A stretch of DNA of 64,000 nt, from positions 98,043 to 162,042 of the forward strand of contig CACEDS010000002.1 in the NCBI GenBank assembly GCA_902558395.1. Reading direction: 5' to 3'. The notes under the pieces are model-generated. The model did no database searches. It was not told where the DNA came from and worked only from the letters and a program-made list of their open reading frames with translations. Below are positions 60,821-64,000 of this stretch, in pieces; positions within the stretch are counted from its first letter, which is position 1; every line of letters starts with the position of its first letter. The stretch comes from an uncultured SAR86 cluster bacterium (GTDB lineage: Bacteria > Pseudomonadota > Gammaproteobacteria > Magnimaribacterales > D2472). The position numbers were made by a program, and so were the translations under genes.

Positions 60821-63163
60821 ATGAAGAGATTACATCTCCTGCCTATTTGTATAGGTACAATTTGTTCAATCCATTTAAATGGAGAGTTTCTAGTGGATGA
60901 TGTTCTTGTTCAGTCTAAAGAAAATACTCTTTCATGCATTTCATACGTTCCAAATATTGGAGAAGTTAAAAAAAATGAAGATTTAGAAATAAATTCTGAT
61001 AAATTTCAAATTACTGATGACAAAAGATTGGTTTTGTATGGGAATGTTTCGCTAGATTTTCCTGAAGGACTATTAAAAGCACAAAATGCCGAACTAGATA
61101 GGGAAAATGGAAAAGTAAAATTTTCAAATTCGGGAGAAATTTTTCTTACAAATTTTTATTTTAAATCTGAAGATGGTTATCTAAATAAAGATAACAATTC
61201 AATTGCTCTTAAAAAAGGCATAGCATTTTCACAAGAAAGAAATCTAGTTTTTAATTTTGATAAGTTAGAAGGCAATCTTGATGACACAATAAATTTACTT
61301 GGAGCTTCCATGTCATCTTGTTCAAATTCAGATAAGGGCTGGTTGCTTCTAGCTGATGAAATAGTTCTTGATTCACAGGCAAATAGAGGTTTAGCAAAAA
61401 ATATCAAAATCAAGGCAGCTGGATCAATAATTTTTGCATTCCCCTATATTCCATTTGCTACCTCAGATGAGAGAATGAGTGGTTTTTTGGAACCATCAAT
61501 ATCTTATTCATCAGATGGCGTTGATTTAATGATTCCGTATTACAAAGTTATTTCTAGCAAATCGGATATAACACTTGCTCCAAGACATATAGCCAAAAGA
61601 GGCTCGGGTCTTGAAATTAACTACAGGGCACTTCATGGAGAAAAAAACAACTTTAGAAATCTAGATATCATATATTTTAATAAAGATGATGAGTTTAAAA
61701 AAGAAACATCGAATTCTGATTCTTCCAGGTGGATATATAAATTTAATGACGTACTAAATTTAAATCATTCAATCATAAATATTGATTGGTCAAAATCTTC
61801 AGATGGTTTGGTTTTGAGGGACATACCTGGAGATATAACATCAATTGGCTTCAGAAGGAATCAAAATTTAAATCAAAATGTCTCCATTCAGACAAGATTT
61901 AAAAATACAAAGCTAACTATAGAGCATCAAGCCTATCAGTCACTTAATCCGATTCTTACAAATGGATATAAAAAATCTCCTGCCCTAAATCTAAAATACA
62001 AAAAAAATATAAACGGATTTATCTTTTCTGAAGATTTAGACATATCAACATTTAAGGCTAATACCATTCATGGGTATTTTGGCTATCAAACAATGGATAA
62101 TAATTACTTAAGATTAATTGAAAATCCTGATGAGGGTCAGAGAATATTTTCAGATCTTAGTGTATCTAAGATTTTCAATGTAAATGGTTTTAATGTTTTA
62201 TCAAGAGTCGGCATAAAAAGTATTGACTACAACCTTACCCATTCATCAAAAAAGACTCAAAGCATCAATGTACCAAATGCACTTATAGATATTAGCTCTA
62301 TCTATGTAAATAAAAATGGCTCTACGATCAATATTTTAAAGCCAAGACTTATTTATGGTTATACAGCCTACAGAAATCAAGATAACAACCCCGTCTTTGA
62401 TAGCAATGAGATATCTACAAATAATGAGTTATTTATTAATGATAGGTTTTCGGGGATGGATAGAATCGGTGATCAAAGCTTTTACACTCTAAGTATTGAT
62501 TACTCCCAAATGAAAATGGGTATGAAGAAAGCATCTTTAAGTATTTCAAAGAAATATTATCTCAAAGACAGAAAGGTATGGATGAATCCATCAATGAGCT
62601 CAATGAGTCCTATCATGAGAATGAACATGGATGAGGGACCTGCGGTAATCATGGCATCATGGATGCCTAACATGAATACAATGATTATGGGTTATGGTGG
62701 CTACCTCAAGGATCAAAAGAAAATGCCTCTTGGTGGAGTAACTATTAAACATAAACTTAAATCTGGAAATATAGGTTATGCTCACCGATTCAGAAGAATG
62801 GCCGGTGATTTTAATATTGAAATGGATTATTCAGAATTCTTTGCAGATATTGATTTAAATCCAAATTTCAAATTTATTGCAAAATTAAAAAGAGATAACA
62901 ACTCAAATCAAAACATAGAAAGTCTTCTAGGCATAGAATATGAAAATTGTTGCTTGGCATTAAGAATCACAGGATCTGATAGAAATTTTTCAAGATTCCT
63001 TGTAAAAGAAGAAATTTTGTACCCCACTTTAGTCGATGCATGGGATAATGTTATAGATATTGAGAGCAAGAGCAGAATTAATTTTGAGTTTGAGTTAAAA
63101 GGTTTGAATTCTTCTTTTGATAAAATGAATAAGTTATTTAAAAATTCGCTATTTAATTATTAA
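60821..63163 (+). CDS. lptD: LPS-assembly outer membrane protein LptD
   Basis: The 780 aa protein has a signal peptide, an OstA-like N-terminal domain and a large beta-barrel. Cysteines are placed as in E. coli LptD: two N-terminal plus a CC pair near the C-terminus (YENCCLALR). It is followed by surA. Confidence 0.85.
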   Translation: MKRLHLLPICIGTICSIHLNGEFLVDDVLVQSKENTLSCISYVPNIGEVKKNEDLEINSDKFQITDDKRLVLYGNVSLDFPEGLLKAQNAELDRENGKVKFSNSGEIFLTNFYFKSEDGYLNKDNNSIALKKGIAFSQERNLVFNFDKLEGNLDDTINLLGASMSSCSNSDKGWLLLADEIVLDSQANRGLAKNIKIKAAGSIIFAFPYIPFATSDERMSGFLEPSISYSSDGVDLMIPYYKVISSKSDITLAPRHIAKRGSGLEINYRALHGEKNNFRNLDIIYFNKDDEFKKETSNSDSSRWIYKFNDVLNLNHSIINIDWSKSSDGLVLRDIPGDITSIGFRRNQNLNQNVSIQTRFKNTKLTIEHQAYQSLNPILTNGYKKSPALNLKYKKNINGFIFSEDLDISTFKANTIHGYFGYQTMDNNYLRLIENPDEGQRIFSDLSVSKIFNVNGFNVLSRVGIKSIDYNLTHSSKKTQSINVPNALIDISSIYVNKNGSTINILKPRLIYGYTAYRNQDNNPVFDSNEISTNNELFINDRFSGMDRIGDQSFYTLSIDYSQMKMGMKKASLSISKKYYLKDRKVWMNPSMSSMSPIMRMNMDEGPAVIMASWMPNMNTMIMGYGGYLKDQKKMPLGGVTIKHKLKSGNIGYAHRFRRMAGDFNIEMDYSEFFADIDLNPNFKFIAKLKRDNNSNQNIESLLGIEYENCCLALRITGSDRNFSRFLVKEEILYPTLVDAWDNVIDIESKSRINFEFELKGLNSSFDKMNKLFKNSLFNY

Positions 63164-63173
63164 TACAATAAAT

Positions 63174-64000
63174 ATGAAAAAATTTACCCTCATCACGTTA
63201 TTTTTAATACCTTCCAGTCTTTTTTCTGAGATTGAAATTCTAGATAGGGTTGCAGTAATTGTTGATGATGGTGTGATTATGGAGTCGCAGGTCAAATCTG
63301 GCCTTGAGAATATGATTTCAAGATATGATGAACAAAATATCCCAAAACCTCCAATAGATGATCTTAAATCGCAGGTAATAGAATCACTTATTATTGAAGA
63401 ACTACAATTGCAGTTAGCAAACAGAGCAGGTGTAAGAATTAGTGACGCTGAGTTAAACGATTCTGTTATCAGAATAGCAAAGAACAACCAAATGGAACTT
63501 CAGGAGTTTATAAACTACATAGAAGATAATGGTGAATCATATGAAATACTTAGAGAGGATGTGCGCAAACAGATGATCATACAGCGAATTCAAAGAGGAA
63601 GAGTTGGTTCAGAAATTAATATAACTGAAAAGGAATTTAATGCCTTTCTTTCTACTGAAAAGTCACTTGAAGATCTTGAGCCCGAGTTATTACTAAGACA
63701 GATATTGGTTGATTCAATTGAAGAGGCCAAAAATGTAATGAACAGAATTACAAATGGTGAAAATTTTGCTGATATAGCTGAGGATGTTTCAATTAGTAGA
63801 AATTCTATCAAGGGTGGTCTTATGGAATGGAAAAAAACTAATGAAATGCCAGATTTATTTATAAATTCCGTGAAAGATAAAAAAATTGGCTACATTAGTG
63901 AAGTGCTTGAAAGTGGGGCTGGGTTCCATATTCTAAAACTAGAGGATAAAAGAGGACCCTTGGTTCAATACGAAGACCAATGGAATGCTAGACATATCCT
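63174..64000 (+). CDS. surA: periplasmic chaperone / peptidyl-prolyl isomerase SurA (5' part; runs off the right window edge)
   Basis: This open-ended frame is not in the ORF track. My translation is MKKFTLITLFLIPSSLFSEIEILDRVAVIVDDGVIMESQV...ESLIIEELQLQLANRAGVRISDAELN...NARHI. This covers the SurA N-domain and the start of the first parvulin domain. Confidence 0.85.
   Translation, partial: MKKFTLITLFLIPSSLFSEIEILDRVAVIVDDGVIMESQVKSGLENMISRYDEQNIPKPPIDDLKSQVIESLIIEELQLQLANRAGVRISDAELNDSVIRIAKNNQMELQEFINYIEDNGESYEILREDVRKQMIIQRIQRGRVGSEINITEKEFNAFLSTEKSLEDLEPELLLRQILVDSIEEAKNVMNRITNGENFADIAEDVSISRNSIKGGLMEWKKTNEMPDLFINSVKDKKIGYISEVLESGAGFHILKLEDKRGPLVQYEDQWNARHI

Overview
The window is an AT-rich, very tightly packed chromosomal segment. 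Many start and stop codons overlap, several convergent genes share their last bases, and there are few hairpin terminators. I call about 60 protein genes and 2 tRNAs. I saw no rRNA, CRISPR array, transposase or IS element, integrase catalytic gene, or prophage. Several blocks follow a Pseudomonas-like gammaproteobacterial gene order: lptD-surA divergent from amgK-murU, rpe...trpEGDC, fis-purH-purD, gshB-tonB-like-ruvX, and dnaG-rpoD. Together with the base composition, this suggests a streamlined marine gammaproteobacterium. That placement is inference only. Most content is housekeeping: gltB/gltD, hemE, tesB, cysE, katG/oxyR, hflX, the pur and trp genes, rpe, coq7, rpoD and dnaG. The accessory content includes a Fur-box-controlled TonB-dependent receptor and a GH3 beta-glucosidase / GPH transporter / fused oxidoreductase locus. 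It also includes a DmdA-like aminomethyltransferase, DsbA/HCCA-isomerase-like proteins, a DUF411 protein, and a small tRNA-flanked islet holding an FkbM methyltransferase, a YrbL-like kinase-fold protein and gene fragments. The most system-like candidate with no assigned function is the co-directional run at 5.4-11.6 kb. It consists of an orphan CobS/CobT-type AAA+/VWA pair followed by three overlapping genes: a cytoplasmic diiron oxygenase, a secreted parallel beta-helix protein and a diheme c-type cytochrome. Other oddities are listed as findings. They include head-to-head gltB/gltD with an extra N-terminal domain on GltD, a compact SF2 helicase coupled to the end of trpEGDC, and a Gfo/Idh/MocA-AKR fusion. 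They also include a DUF305-LVIVD fusion, a type II pantothenate kinase, a Met-rich insert in LptD and a relic of an FAD-oxidoreductase gene. All functional calls come from reading the translations by eye. No database search was run.
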